DNA of 64,000 bases, from assembly GCF_009914755.1 (NCBI RefSeq), contig NC_060934.1. One strand, 5' to 3'. Positions within the stretch are counted from its first letter, which is position 1. Each line of letters starts with the position of its first letter. Origin of the DNA: the human T2T-CHM13v2.0 reference genome, Homo sapiens. Below the pieces are notes generated by a model, which did not search any database, was not told where the DNA came from, and saw only the letters and a program-made list of their open reading frames with translations. A program made the position numbers and the translations under genes. Of the stretch, positions 1 through 13,900 are shown piece after piece.

Positions 1-904
1 CAAGAAAGATCACTTCCAATCTGCTAGACGAAAACCTACAAAGAGGGCCTCAGTTGCAAGTTTCATATGTATGTACACAGACTGATCAAAATTAATATTG
101 CACTGCATTATTTGAGACCCATTAAAAAGAGACCACCCAGTGGCTAAAATGTTTGAGATAAAACACTTCATCTGGTTGTCATAACCCTTTGTTTAGTGAC
201 TTATTTAAAACAATAAACACTAAAATATTCAAGACCCGCAGCTTTTATTAGGAGATTTTAAGACTGTTTTTGGGATAATCTGTCATTTTCTGTAGGTCAG
301 TGGTCTACAGTGTTAATTTATTCAATAAGCAAATATTACAGATAGAATATGCATAGATATTAAGTATATTTCATATATGTAGATATTTATCTAAGTATCT
401 AATGTATAACAAAACAAAACACACAAAGAATACATGCAGCTGTCCCCAACTGTGGTCAGCGAAACACGGCCTGTATTACTGATGAAAACGTGTAGCCCCT
501 ACACAGGCTGCCTAAACTTAGGGCCTATCAAACTAGAAGAGGGAGGGAGAGAGGAAATGGAGAAAGTGATCTAAAATCACCGACATAGCAATGGTACTCC
601 TGGAGTTTAGAAACGTAAAGCATTTCAACTCCTTGTGGGCCTGCACTTACTCGGCATGGAGCTGGACCCTTGATCACCAAAACTGGAAAAACAGATTCCC
701 TTCTGCATCCACGACCAGGCCTTGCCTGATTTCAAGGAAGTTTAAACAATGGTCAAAACACCCTGCCCAGATGTGGCAGAGACTCCTCCTGCAGGAATGC
801 AGCTTTTCACATCCAGGTTCCCAACCTCCAAACACCCATGACCAACTATGGCCACAAGTCCCGACCAGAGCATCCTAGTCCACCCTTATCCTCCCTCTCT
901 CTCT

Positions 905-1573
<669 letters not shown>

Positions 1574-2095
1574 CTAGATTTTTCTTTTCCAGTATCCCAA
1601 ATCCACAAGTCATCATAATTAGCAGAAGTGATCACTGAGGCAAAATGCCCATGTGATTACCTTTCGGGGTGTACCCACTCAGCCCCTCCTCTCCTGCCCT
1701 TCAACCATCAATCCAACATTTTCCCCTCGAAATGTGGTACAAAAACACAATCACATACGGCCCGAAAAGGTCCGTGACGTCAAGGCAAGTACATTGATTG
1801 AAGTAACATGAGAGAGAAGGGGTGGGTGTAGCAAAAACATTCTCAAGGCCAAGTCATCAGCCCTTACCCTTAGGAGGGGGCAGTGATTAAGAGGTGGTAT
1901 GAGAGCCTCGTTTCTCATTTCTATAAGTGCTGGTAAAGGACCTGACCCCACTTCCTTACCTACTGCCTGCCCAGGTAACTGATGCCTACAGCATCACAGG
2001 AATTGCCAAAATGCAGAAAACAAATCCTAAATTGCTCTAATTTCATAACACAAAGGCTGGTTTTTGGCTTGAAATAATCAGGCAAATATATAATG

Positions 2096-2361
<266 letters not shown>

Positions 2362-2453
2362 TGAGGTCTTAATAGGTGGATGTTTTGGGTTTTTTAAGTG
2401 ACAAAGTTGTCCATTTTTAGGTCTCTCGTATTGATGTTTAATTAGAAATATTA

Positions 2454-2723
<270 letters not shown>

Positions 2724-3511
2724 GAGGACCTCAGCAGTGGACTCCCTGCTGACTTCAGCAATTCCATTCCCTAGATCACCCCCATCCCTAATCCTAAGAA
2801 GTACTCCCAGAATCCAGCCCCATCCTCTGCGCTAAGGAGGCCACCACAACCTTCACACGCCATTAGCCAGGGGACAGTGGGGCATCACTTTTCTCCTAAG
2901 CAAATCAGTCCCATGTAGGACAAAGGAATTAACTTTGGTTTTAAGGGGCTGGCAAAAGACAGACCAGAGAAGAACAGTATCTCAGAAGAAGGTATGAACA
3001 GTTCGATGTAGGTAAACACAGATAATACTGCCAACACCAGCTCCTCTGGCATCTGTACCAGGTAGATACAAATCAGAAATGCTGCTTTTGAGAGAAATTA
3101 GAAATGGGGTAGCTAAAAATGTATATTTTGAAAATAAGAATCTTATGCAGTCAAAAGCTTATTATACTGATTATACATAAATACAAAGCATTAGTAGCGT
3201 ACAGCTCTAGAGGATAAACCCAGCAAGTCTTACCTTCATCAAAGCATCTGTAACACTCCAATAGATTCAAACAGAAGGAATCAATTATCATTCCGATTGT
3301 GATTTTTCTAATGCATGGTTGGAGTGTCTTTACTTCCCGTTGGCTTAACAGAGCTCCAGTGGCCACAGGTGGCTCGGGGAGGAACCGAGGAGGCTGCGCA
3401 GAGGCTAAGAAGGGAGGCCAACCTGCAGGCCAAACAACAGAGCGGGGCTTTCACCCCCAGGGGCTCGCCTGACTTGGAGGCTCAAGATTTGAGATTTCTT
3501 AAATTTCTCTT

Positions 3512-4362
3512 GTATATTGACAAGTTATCATTGAGGTACAAAAGTGATGTTATTGTTTAATACAATGTGGAATGAATAAATCAAGTTAACTAACATTTCC
3601 ATCCCCTCAAATATTCAACATTTTTTATGATGAGAACATATGAAATTTACTCTCAGCAGTATTAAAATGTACGGAACTCAATTATTAGCTACATTCACTA
3701 CACCATGTAACAGAGCTCCAAAAAAAAGAATAAGAAATAAATCAAACCTATGCCTCCTATGTAACCCAGGCTTTGTGCCCTTTGGTTACGATCTCCCCAA
3801 CCCCCCTCCCAACCGCTAACCTCCCAACCTCTAACCCCCATTCCTCTTTGCTTCTGTGAGTTTAATGGTTTCAGATTCTGCGTATCCGTGAAAACAGGCA
3901 GTATTTGTCTTTCTGTGTTTGGCTTATTTCACCTAACACAATGTTCTCTAGTTCCATACACGTTGTCACAGATGACAGAAGTTCTTCCTGTTTTATGACT
4001 GACTAGTACTGCACTGTGTATACAGACCATTTATCCATCCGTCCAACGTAGGCTGGTGCCGTATCTTAGCTACAGTGAACGGCGCTGCAACAAACACGGG
4101 TGTGGAGACATCTCTTCGACATATTGATTTCAAATCTTTCAGGTAAACACCCAGAAGTAGGATTGCTGGACCATATGGTAAGTTCTATTTTTAGGTTTTT
4201 GAAGAACTTCCATGCTGTTTTCCATAATGTCTGTATTAATTTACATTCCCACCAACAGTGTATGAGGGTTCCTTTTTCTCCACATCCTCACAATACTGGT
4301 CATTTTGTGGGGTCTTCTGGATAACAGCTATTCTAACAAGAGGGAGGTGACATTTCACTGTG
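3512..4362 (-). mobile_element. L1M (L1MA-like) 3' fragment
   Basis: Antisense L1 3' motifs (gtatttgtctttctgtgtttggcttatttcac; ttacattcccaccaacagtgtatgagggttcc). Confidence 0.85.
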
Positions 4363-5809
4363 GCTTCACTTTTCCTTTCTCTAGTTTTGAGAGTTTTAAG
4401 TAGAAGGCCATTAGCGTCCATTTTAACCCCTATTCCATACTCAACTACATTGACCTGTCTAGTTCCAGCCTGAGTCCTCTGACCTGTCCCTTTCTTATTC
4501 AAAAGGTAATCAGTAACAGACCCAGGAAGCTACACAATGGCAGGAATAGATGACACTAGAAGATGAAACTCCTTCCTAAAGGAAGCAGAACTGGAAGAGC
4601 ACTATTTGGGGAGAACCCTGGGAATAGATCCAAGGCGGCTTGTTTGGAAACCCAGAAAAAATAGGGGAGTTGTGAGAAATTATCCCCTAATTACTAAGGA
4701 GCTGTTAACAGATGAAGTCAATCTACATTTGCTGATGCGGAAACTTATCCAAGATATACTGGCAGAACAGTACGTATAGCGGGAAACCATTTGTGCGTGT
4801 GGGTGTGCTTAAAATGCTCATATATGTGCAGAAAATTTCTGGAAGGATGCGGGAAAAAAAAGATAATGTTTTCCCTCCAGGGGAGGGAAGGAATGTGGTA
4901 TTCAGGACATTTTTATTTATTTTCCAGTTTACACACTTCTCCATTTTCTTTCCCATTAGCATGTACTACTGCTGTTATAACTAAACAAGAAATACTCAGG
5001 CTTTAAATAAACAGAAGAAACTGAAAGCAGGATAGGTACAAGGTTTTAAAGAATTGTTCCATTCAATAAGAAGGAAAGAAACAAAAACAGGGCAAAAAAT
5101 GCTCTTACATGCACAAAGAAACAACTGAAAACAAAAGTACCTTCAAATGAAACATGGAGACAGCTTTGGCTTTTTGCTGAGACCCTAAACTTGGTGCTTT
5201 CAAATGTATTACGGGCAGAATGAAAGCTGCAAAGTACCATTTCCAGAACTGGGAGCTTTTTCAGTTTGTTGGGTGATTTCTAGTTAAGATTGAAGCTGGA
5301 GTGCTGGGAACAAAAGGCATCAAAAAGCAAACAGGGGGAATCTGAACATGAATGAGGTGAGGGGACAGCCATGATGGCATCACCACAGGCGAAGCAGGAG
5401 TCCAGGGCACAGTGGTGCTTCATGTCTAGCGTCCACCTGAAGAATGGCGGCCTACACTGGGTCCCCAAATAGTCACTGTGTTTCAGAGCACACCCAGATG
5501 GCATCACGATGGCTCCACTGAAAACACTGCTCAAAACCGGAGATTCACTTCTAACATGAGGTTATAGAAAAATACATATTTAAGACATTTTCAAAGGAGG
5601 AGGAGAACTGGAGAAATGCAGCGACGTGTTCAAGCTCCATGGATGAATTCAAGGCTTCTCCCCATGGGTGCTCTCAGCCCACCATGTTGCCGGTCTTCTG
5701 ATTCTATTTGCAGATAAATGCTAAAGGCATAGGATTTCAAATAGGGGTAGCCAGAAAGTATTGGGCAATAAGTCAGCTTGTGGTTACCTGTCTGAGCGAG
5801 AGATGCCAG

Positions 5810-6400
5810 GCATAAGGCTGAGGGCTTGGGCCCTAGAGCCAGAGAGTGTGCATTTGGGGCTCAGCTCCTTTTCCCCACATGGGAAAGTTTCTTAACTTTC
5901 CTGCCTATCCTGAGGGACCACAGGGGTACGACAATGACGGTAGTGGTAAGGGGTCTCAATGTGACAGGGTTGCTACAGAACTAAGGGAGATAGTAAAGCA
6001 CTCAGAACAGCACCCAGTACGACTCAAATTTATATGCCTATGACTCTGAACACACCAACCAAGTCTGCTAAATGGTCCATTCCTTGAGGTTGGTCAACTG
6101 GTATGTAGAAAACACTCGATGAGATACTTGTTTTAGTTTTTCTTCTTTGCTATTCATTCAATCTTAAAGGATGATGTAGGAAGAGAAAAGAACAAGTGAG
6201 CACCTACCGGTATGTCCCAGAACTGAGCTGGACTTCTATAAATACAGTAGAACTTTCTCCTCACATTTGCTGTGTGAGTTGATATTACCCAGATTAATAG
6301 ACAAAGTCTGGGAAGGTTCTGGAACTACTTAAGGTTGTAAAGCTGACAGTGTGTGGGCAGACTGGGTCTTTAATCCCAGGTCAATGAGAACAGAGCCTGG
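5810..6400. mobile_element. Degenerate MIR fragments
   Basis: Weak similarity to MIR core (aaagtttcttaactt, gtaaagcactcagaacag; aaggttgtaaagct...). Confidence 0.4.
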
Positions 6401-6479
6401 ACACCTCCCACCCCATATTCCCTCCACAGAATTTTTTTTTACGCAAGGATAACTTTTCTTAAGTAACTTTTCTTCTATT

Positions 6480-6586
6480 AAAAAAAAAAGAAGAAGAAGA
6501 AAGAAAGAAAGAAGAAAGGAAGGAAGAAGGAAGGAAGGAAGAAGGAAGAAGGAAGGAAGACGGAAGGAAGAAGGAAGAAGAAGAAG
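6480..6586 (+). repeat. Polypurine (A)n/(GAA)n/(GGAA)n tract
   Basis: About 107 nt almost purely A/G. Confidence 0.95.
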
Positions 6587-8116
6587 CCAAAACTCTTCAA
6601 CGGTTTTTCATCCCTTGCCTGAAGGATAGATTTACGCATTTGCATGTGCCCAGGGCCCTCATCAGTTTAAACCAAACCAGGGCCAGCACTCCCTGTACAC
6701 CTGCAGACAAACCCTCCCCTGCAATCCACGGAGACCCACCCTGTTTCCACCCTCTTCTTCCCAAATCTCTACTTTCCCTCTGTCATCCAAACCCACACTG
6801 CTGCCTCCTCCATCCGGGCTCGGGGCTAACACCCCTTTGCTCGCTGGCCCTTCTGAGGCCAGACACTCTCTGGCGTTAATTCACTGGGTGCCCCCTGTCC
6901 AGTCCCTCCACCCCACCACAAAGGCCGCTGGCGAGAGGCTTTGGAAGCACAGGACACATGAACCCAGACAGTTACCGCACAGGTGCTTCTGCGGGGTGGA
7001 GGCATGGAAAACGAAAATCACACTGCACCTAAGTCACCTCACGAAGAGTCAAAGTAACCATGATGCTTACGATGGTGTGCTAGTTCCCGTCAAGCCTAAT
7101 GTTGTCACCCAATTAGAATAAATTGATTTCCTTCATAATGGGCTCTGTCTCCACGTTAATTTGACTGCATGCGCTCTAGGGGAGGATTCATGCCTGGAGA
7201 AAAGGTGGGGCAGGGCGAGGAGGCCCACAGGAAAGACCCGATGCCGTGACGGGCAGCAGGAGGGTGCACAGCTGCACACGACAGCAATGCACGGCTTATA
7301 AAAAATAAGCACGAAACAGGAAAACCAAGAAGGGCAAAGGAATTGTGCAGTTCCTCCTAGCATCAAAACCTTTTAGGCAAATGCCTACCGAGTCTTATCC
7401 ATTCACAGCTCTGTTACGGAGCAAGAAAGTTGAGAATAAGGCATGAACTTAAAAGAAAGGAACTTAAAATCAAGATGACTGCCTGAGACATGTTGCACAA
7501 CTGATATAAAAACAAATCTGAAAGTACAATTATACCCTATTGCAAGGATTTAAATAGTTAAGTGGTCCGGTTTAGTGCCTGCTTTATTTCCAGAAATCAA
7601 TAAGTAAAATAAACCTGTTAGCCAGGACTCCATCAGGTGCTATGAGCCCAGTTTTGTGCAAGATGGATAAAATAATCCATGTGCCTTTATTTGCAAGTAT
7701 TTTCCATTCTTTTCAAAAACAACGACAAAGCCAGCATGCAAGCTTTTTCCCAACTAACTCCTCTTATTTCCACACCTCATAACTATTCAAGGGATGAAAG
7801 AAAAAAGACTCCTTATCAAAGGCCTGCCACATATTTTGAATGTTGTACAATGAGAAACGTCCATTAACGTGAGAGCTCACCCCCATCCACAAGTGTTAGT
7901 TTTAATTACAAGTGATCCTGTGTATCAGGCCCTGCTGGAGAGACCAGTCGCAGAGGCTCCGAGAATTTCCCGGATCGTGCATTTGAATTCACTACAATGC
8001 TTTGTCACTGGGGGTTTCAGCGTTCAGTAATAATGTGCTTTGTTCTCAAAAATGCCCCCCACACCTGCCAACTGAAAAGAAAGCCAAGGAGACCCTTGCA
8101 GGCTGGTGTGCAATCA

Positions 8117-8135
8117 CGCTGCCCCCCAGTGGGCA
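8117..8135 (-). promoter_or_regulatory. Candidate CTCF motif
   Basis: Minus strand TGCCCACTGGGGGGCAGCG versus consensus TGGCCACCAGGGGGCGCTA. Confidence 0.35.
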
Positions 8136-9090
8136 CTGCCGGTACAGCAGCCCTAAAGAAGGGCAGAGCAAATGGGGAATCAGCACCTCTGCATCAGGCC
8201 GGCAGTTTGGAAAGCACCTGTCATCAGTGAGTTGAAGGAGCAAGAGAAACAAAAACAGAAGTGAACCTAAGAGAAAAACCAAGTGATCTCTTCTACAACT
8301 TCCATGCACATCAAATAATTAAGTTTGCAGGCGTGAAATATATTCAAAAGCCAGGTATACAAGCATGTTTACACAGTACTTAAAACTTTTACATAGGAAA
8401 AGCTGAGGCAAAAACAACTCTGTATCTGCAAGTGTACACATAAACAAGACACACGGACTGTGCACCCGCCATTCTTACAGTGGAGAAAACTGACAATTCA
8501 GTCCACAGAATATAATGGCTGTGATAGTCTGGTAGACAAAAGAATAACCAAAAGATAATTTGGACATTGTGGAGAGTGGACTAAAGGAGGCTGTGTGATT
8601 CTCCACTTCAAATGCAATCATTTCCCAGGATTCACAGCAAGGAAAGAAATACCTGAGATTTCAGAAAAATTAAAAATTCACAGTAAGTCATGAAGCCACC
8701 AATAAGAAACTGCCATGCTTTCTTCTTGGTTACACATCAAAAATTAAACATTTTCCCCTAAATTCCTAAGTACTGAGATTTCCTTTATATAACTCAAATT
8801 CAAGGAGGAGAGGCAAAGTAGGGATCCAGCCATGTGTCAGTAACAGTCCCCAATTAGCTAAACCATGCTAAGTAGCTAACTGCAAAATGTTCAGTACATC
8901 TAGGTAGCAGGAAACAGCAATATCTTCTGTGACACCTTACAAATGCTATTATGACACCTATGATAACTTTCATGACAACATTCTAAAATAAAATGTAACT
9001 ATTTCCACATCACACTCAGACCCATTTCCTCTGGGAAGTGCAGGCGCAGGCTCACTCAGCTGCCAGCAAGGATGCTCACTCACAAACTGG

Positions 9091-9109
9091 CAGTGCCCTC
9101 TGCTGGACA
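9091..9109 (-). promoter_or_regulatory. Candidate CTCF motif (strong match)
   Basis: Minus strand TGTCCAGCAGAGGGCACTG; core CCAGCAGAGGGCAC. Confidence 0.6.
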
Positions 9110-9574
9110 GTCCATGAATCACACCCAAACAAGAAAAGTACTGCTTTCCATTTCTGGGTATTTTGAAATAAAAATACCACAAAACAGCTCAACTATTTAT
9201 CCTTAATATAGTCCCTTCAACCTGTCTGGCAAAACCACGTAAAAATCTTATGCTTTCAGCAGGCTTGCTCTGATGTGTAAATCAGTTCTAAATTGAGTTC
9301 AATCCTCCACAAACATTCTTTGTCTTTGTTACTATATACGTATGATTTATAGTTCTCTCTCTGGGGAAATAAAATTAAGTTCTTTCACAATTCTTAGAAG
9401 AGAAATATGAAATACGGCTCTATGAAGTTATTTCAAAGATGACTTCTAACTAGGCCTAGGATCCTCATGCCATTAGCATAATGTCTAAAATTTCCTCTGT
9501 TCTCAAATTCATTCTAATCTATGAAAGAAGATATGAGTAGGCATGAAGATGTATAAAGATGATACCAAATTACA

Positions 9575-9860
9575 CCTGGGTGCAGTGGCTCACACCTGTA
9601 ATCCCAGCACTTTGGGAGGCCTAGGCAGATGGATCACCTGAGGTCAGGAGTTCAAGACCAGCCTGACCAACATGGTGAAACCCCATCTCTACTAAAAATA
9701 CAAAAATTAGCCAGGCATGGTGGCACGTGACTGTAATCCCAGCTACTCGGGAGGCTGAGGTAGGAGAATCCCTTGAACACAGGAGGCAAAGGTTGCTGTG
9801 AGCAAAAGAGCAAGACTCTGTCTCAAAAAAATAAAAATAAAAGTAAAAAAAAAATAAAAT
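9575..9860 (+). mobile_element. Alu (AluSx-like) with right-arm deletion
   Basis: Alu consensus; jumps from gtgagc to aagagcaagactc. Confidence 0.93.
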
Positions 9861-10034
9861 ACATAGGAAAACACAAGGAAAAAAAACACGTTTTTAAACA
9901 AACAGGAATGAAGCATTTCATGCCCTAGGGCACATCCCCGTTAGTGTGGTGGAGGATGAGAATCAAATCTCAGCTTTACCACTCACTAATGGTCTTGAGG
10001 CTCACATCTTATTAAATTACAAAACACGGAAAAC

Positions 10035-10347
10035 AGACTGGGCACTGTACCTCACACCTCTAATGCCACCACTTTGCGAGGCCAAAGCAGGAGGACTGCT
10101 AGAGGCCAGGAGCTCAAGACCAGCCCGGGCAACAGAGCAATACCCCATTTCTACAAAACATTTAAAGAATAAAAAATTAGCTGGTGGTACATGCTTGTAC
10201 CTGTAGTCCCAGCTACTTGGGAGGCTGAGGTGGGAGAACTGCTTGAGGCCAGGAGATCAAGGCTGCAGTGAGCTATAATTGCAACACTGCACTCCAGCCT
10301 CGGTAACAGAGTAAGACACACACACACACACACACCACACACACACA
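10035..10347 (+). mobile_element. Alu (AluJ-like) with (CA)n tail
   Basis: Alu body; tail replaced by CA repeat at 10316-10347. Confidence 0.9.
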
Positions 10348-10794
10348 GTAAAAGAGCAGATACCTCGCAGAGTGTTATGAGAATCCATTTATGTGAAGCA
10401 CCTAGCACATGGGTTATATTCATTAAACACCATGTTACATACAAACATAGATAAAAGACAGACATGCCCTTAATTTCTCTCCATAAAACCTCCCAAGATT
10501 CTATATTCAGAACAGAAGAAAATACCAATCCCTCTGACTAGCAGTCTCAGTCTTCCTCTTGTACAACTGAAGAAAGAACAAGCGAGGCTACAGCAATGAG
10601 GGTGGAGTGCACCATGACACAGTGAGGCCCACAGCAACTGCACAGCACACCTGCCCCATCCCTGGGCCTGGAGGCTGCAGGCGTGAATCCTACAAGAGCA
10701 AAGGGTCTGGGCACCCTGAAACGTTCTTTAAAAGATTCTAATACTCAGTGAAGCTGGAACTGAAAATCATATGCACCTTTTAAAAGGCATTTTT

Positions 10795-11167
10795 GGCTGG
10801 GCACCGTGGCTCACACCTGTAATACCAGTACTTTGGGAGGCCAAGGCAGGCAGATCACCTGAGGTCAGGAGTTTGAAATCAGCCTGTCTAACATGGTGAA
10901 ACCCTGTCTCTACTAAAAATACAAAAATTAGCTGGGCGTGGTGGCATGCACCTATAGTCCCAGCTACTCAGGGGGCCTGTCTAACATGGTGAAACCCTCT
11001 CTATACTAAAAATACAAAAATTAGCTGGGCATGGTGGCATGCGCCTATAGTCCCAGCTACTCAGGGGGCTGAAGCACGAGTTTGCTTGAAACCGGGAGGT
11101 GGAGGCTGTGGTGAGCCAAGAAAGCGCCACTGTACTCCAGCTTGGACAACAGAGTGAGACTCCATCT

Positions 11168-11219
<52 letters not shown>
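10795..11219 (+). mobile_element. Alu (AluS-like) with internal 93-bp tandem duplication and A51 tail
   Basis: Duplicated unit 10883-10975 / 10976-11068; A run 11169-11219. Confidence 0.95.
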
Positions 11220-11220
<1 letters not shown>

Positions 11221-12558
11221 CACTTTTAGGGAACACAATTTGACAACACCTATCCAAACTTTAAATGCACACTCCCTTTTACCCAGCAATGCCATTGCCA
11301 GCTATATATTCTGTGGGATGTATTCAAACAAATTCACTGCAGTATTGTGTTTTATGGGGGAAAAAAGGGACAGGGAGGGAGGGAATGTGATATATTAATA
11401 AACATGTAATAATTTTCATCAAAAAAGGGTGGAATGAGTTTAGCATGTGCTCATCAAGAAATAAATCCAAATTATAAACTAAATTTTCAAAGGAAAATTT
11501 CAGAAGAGTATACCTTAGTAGATTTGTTTAAACATTTACAATTTCCAGAACAATATACACACAAAAGTATTTGTGATTAATTCTGGGGAGTTAGGTGGGG
11601 GAGGAGATGAAAGGCACTTCCAGTTTCTTCCCTACAGCTTTCTATGATGTGACCTCCTTACCACGAACACACTTTATTTTATAATTAAAAGAACTCCGAT
11701 AATGAACTCTTACTTGAATTAAACACACACCCAAGGAGGCCAACAAGGAAATCACAGAGGCCAAAAATGTAAGCCAATTAAAATTAACCAGGTTCTCCCT
11801 CCCGGCACCTGCCCGCACCCTGAGCTGCCGGGGAAGCCTGGAGGAGGGACTGGGGCTTGGCCTATCTTTGCTTCTTCAGCAGAAAGGCACAGTCCTACCT
11901 GGGCTAACGTCTGCAATGGCGGAACCTGAAAGTATTTGAGCCCTGCATTCTGGTCTTTGACTGAACAGTGGTCTTTACTGGAAGATTACATACTAGTAAA
12001 AGGCACTGCATGAAAAATCTCAGGGCCTGGAGGAAGCCTTGGCGTGTAAGAAACAGGAGGCCATTCTGCACACAGCCCCAGCCCACCCAAGTCCTCATGG
12101 CCCAGCACCCCCTCACCGATGGCCTCCGCAGGGGAGGCAACATAGTTCTCCACATGGCGGAGCACCACGCATGGCTGGGTGAGCTGTGCCGCAGTTCATC
12201 AGTCCTGAGCCTGCCCCCATTCGTGAAATGGGCTGATGACCCACTGGCTGGGAGGCATGCGCCTCGTGGGAACAGCTCAGTAGGTGGTGGCTGACAGACC
12301 ATGGAACCCTGTCCTGCACGTGAAATACAGGTGCATGAGGCATCCAGAAGGGAGCGTGGAGGAGGGCACAAGGGTGGAGGTGGCAGAGGAGAAGAGGCAC
12401 GGAGCCTCCCCACCAGCTGTGCCTGACTAGAAACTCCCAGGCTGTAAACAAGACTAAATGGTAATGAACACCTAAGGTCCCAGGGCCGAGGGGTAGCACT
12501 GGGACACTGCCCAGAGCCCACCGGGGGCACATCACCCCTGCGGGCAGTATCCACTCAC

Positions 12559-12708
12559 CTGGGGCCCCTCGCCCTGTAAGCACGGCCCCTGTCCACCCTG
12601 GGCCCATACCTGGGTACATGGGATCCCCGCCCACCCAAGGCTCATGGCCCCCATGCACACAGTCCCTGCCTTCCTGAGCCTCCTGCCCTGCCTCGCACCC
12701 TCTGTCAT
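12559..12708 (-). other. Weak candidate alternative first exon (50 codons, phase-0 donor)
   Basis: ATG at 12708 open to a perfect CAG|GTGAGT donor at 12559/12558. Confidence 0.15.
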
Positions 12709-13900
12709 CCCTTGCTGCTTCTGTACTCTCCACCTCCCTCTCTCCACTCAATCCTTCCAACTACCACGTCAAAGGGCCCAGCTGTCATGAATCTTTCTAA
12801 AAACATTCTTTTGCTTTCTACACCCTCTCAAATGAAAGCCCGCCCTTGACCCTCCTCTTCCTTGATCCACCCAGCCCCATCTGGCCCTGCCTCTCACGGC
12901 CTTCCACTCACTCTGCCCCACACCCTGGCTCTGCCTCACCAGCCTGCTCTTCCTGAGACCCTGAGTCACTCCACCTGGCGGAGAACTTCCAGGTCCATTT
13001 CTCCTCCCCAGGCCTCTCCTAAGCCCCTAGTTTGATTACCTGCACAAACTGCAATTTGAATGCCACATGGCACCCCCACTCGGCATGCCCCAAATTTGCT
13101 AAGTGACTGCCCAAATGTCTTCCCTTCTCTGTGGTACCCATGATAAACCCTGAGGACAGCTACCTAGACGGCCCCCTCCCCATGACCCCCACGAGAGCCC
13201 TTCCAATCCACCTCCCTAAATAGCATCTCTCAAATCTGGCCACTTTGCCCTCTTTCCACTGCTGGTCAGAGCTACCCACACCTCCTGCCTAGACTACAGG
13301 GCCTCTTACCTGGCTCCATCACCTACAGTGCAGCCAGATGACCTTATTAACGCTCAAGCCTGATCACTCTCCAGCAGACCCCCAGCTCTGTGGCTTCCCA
13401 TTGCCCTGATAACTGACTGGGAAACCTTCATATGCCCAGAAGGGCCTTTGCTGAAATGCTCCCCCATCAGAGAAAGTGGACTTGGCCTAAGACCCTACTG
13501 CACACATCCAGTGTTCTATCCTGCCCTGTGGACTCCGTCACACTGATCTCCACCTGAGGCGGCACCATCAATCCCCCCACAACATAAAAATCACAAGCAC
13601 AGAAGGCAGCTTGCTCGGGAACCTGGAATCGGCTGGGTCCTGCAGTCACTCAGCGTCTGCTGGCTGGAGGGACAGAAGGCCCCACGGCTCTCACTGGCTC
13701 ACCTGGAGCCCCCTCGTCTTGTGTCTAACTCTCCCTTTATGTGTTCTGTGGTACAACTTCAGCTCCTAACTGTGCGTCCTCATTGCCTCAAGTTTACAGT
13801 GTGAGTGCCATCAGGGCAGGGCCTCTGTGTCCTCTGCCTCATGTCTCCAGCCATAGCACATGAACAGAACCAGCTCAGCAAACCTCTGTCCAGTGAAAGT
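12700..13900 (+). mobile_element. Degenerate L2 fragments
   Basis: Pyrimidine-rich L2-like motifs (catctctcaaatctggcccacttt; tggcttcccattgccc; agggcagggcctctgtgtc). Confidence 0.5.

Noticed and set aside
651-682. 32-nt minus-strand exon-like segment (tttttccag| ... CGA|GTAAGT)
   Set aside because: Short polypyrimidine tract, immediate stop, no further support; such site pairs are common in long introns
11904-12760. Two long overlapping minus-strand ORFs (216 and 215 aa)
   Set aside because: No recognisable domain; long ORFs are expected by chance in GC-rich sequence
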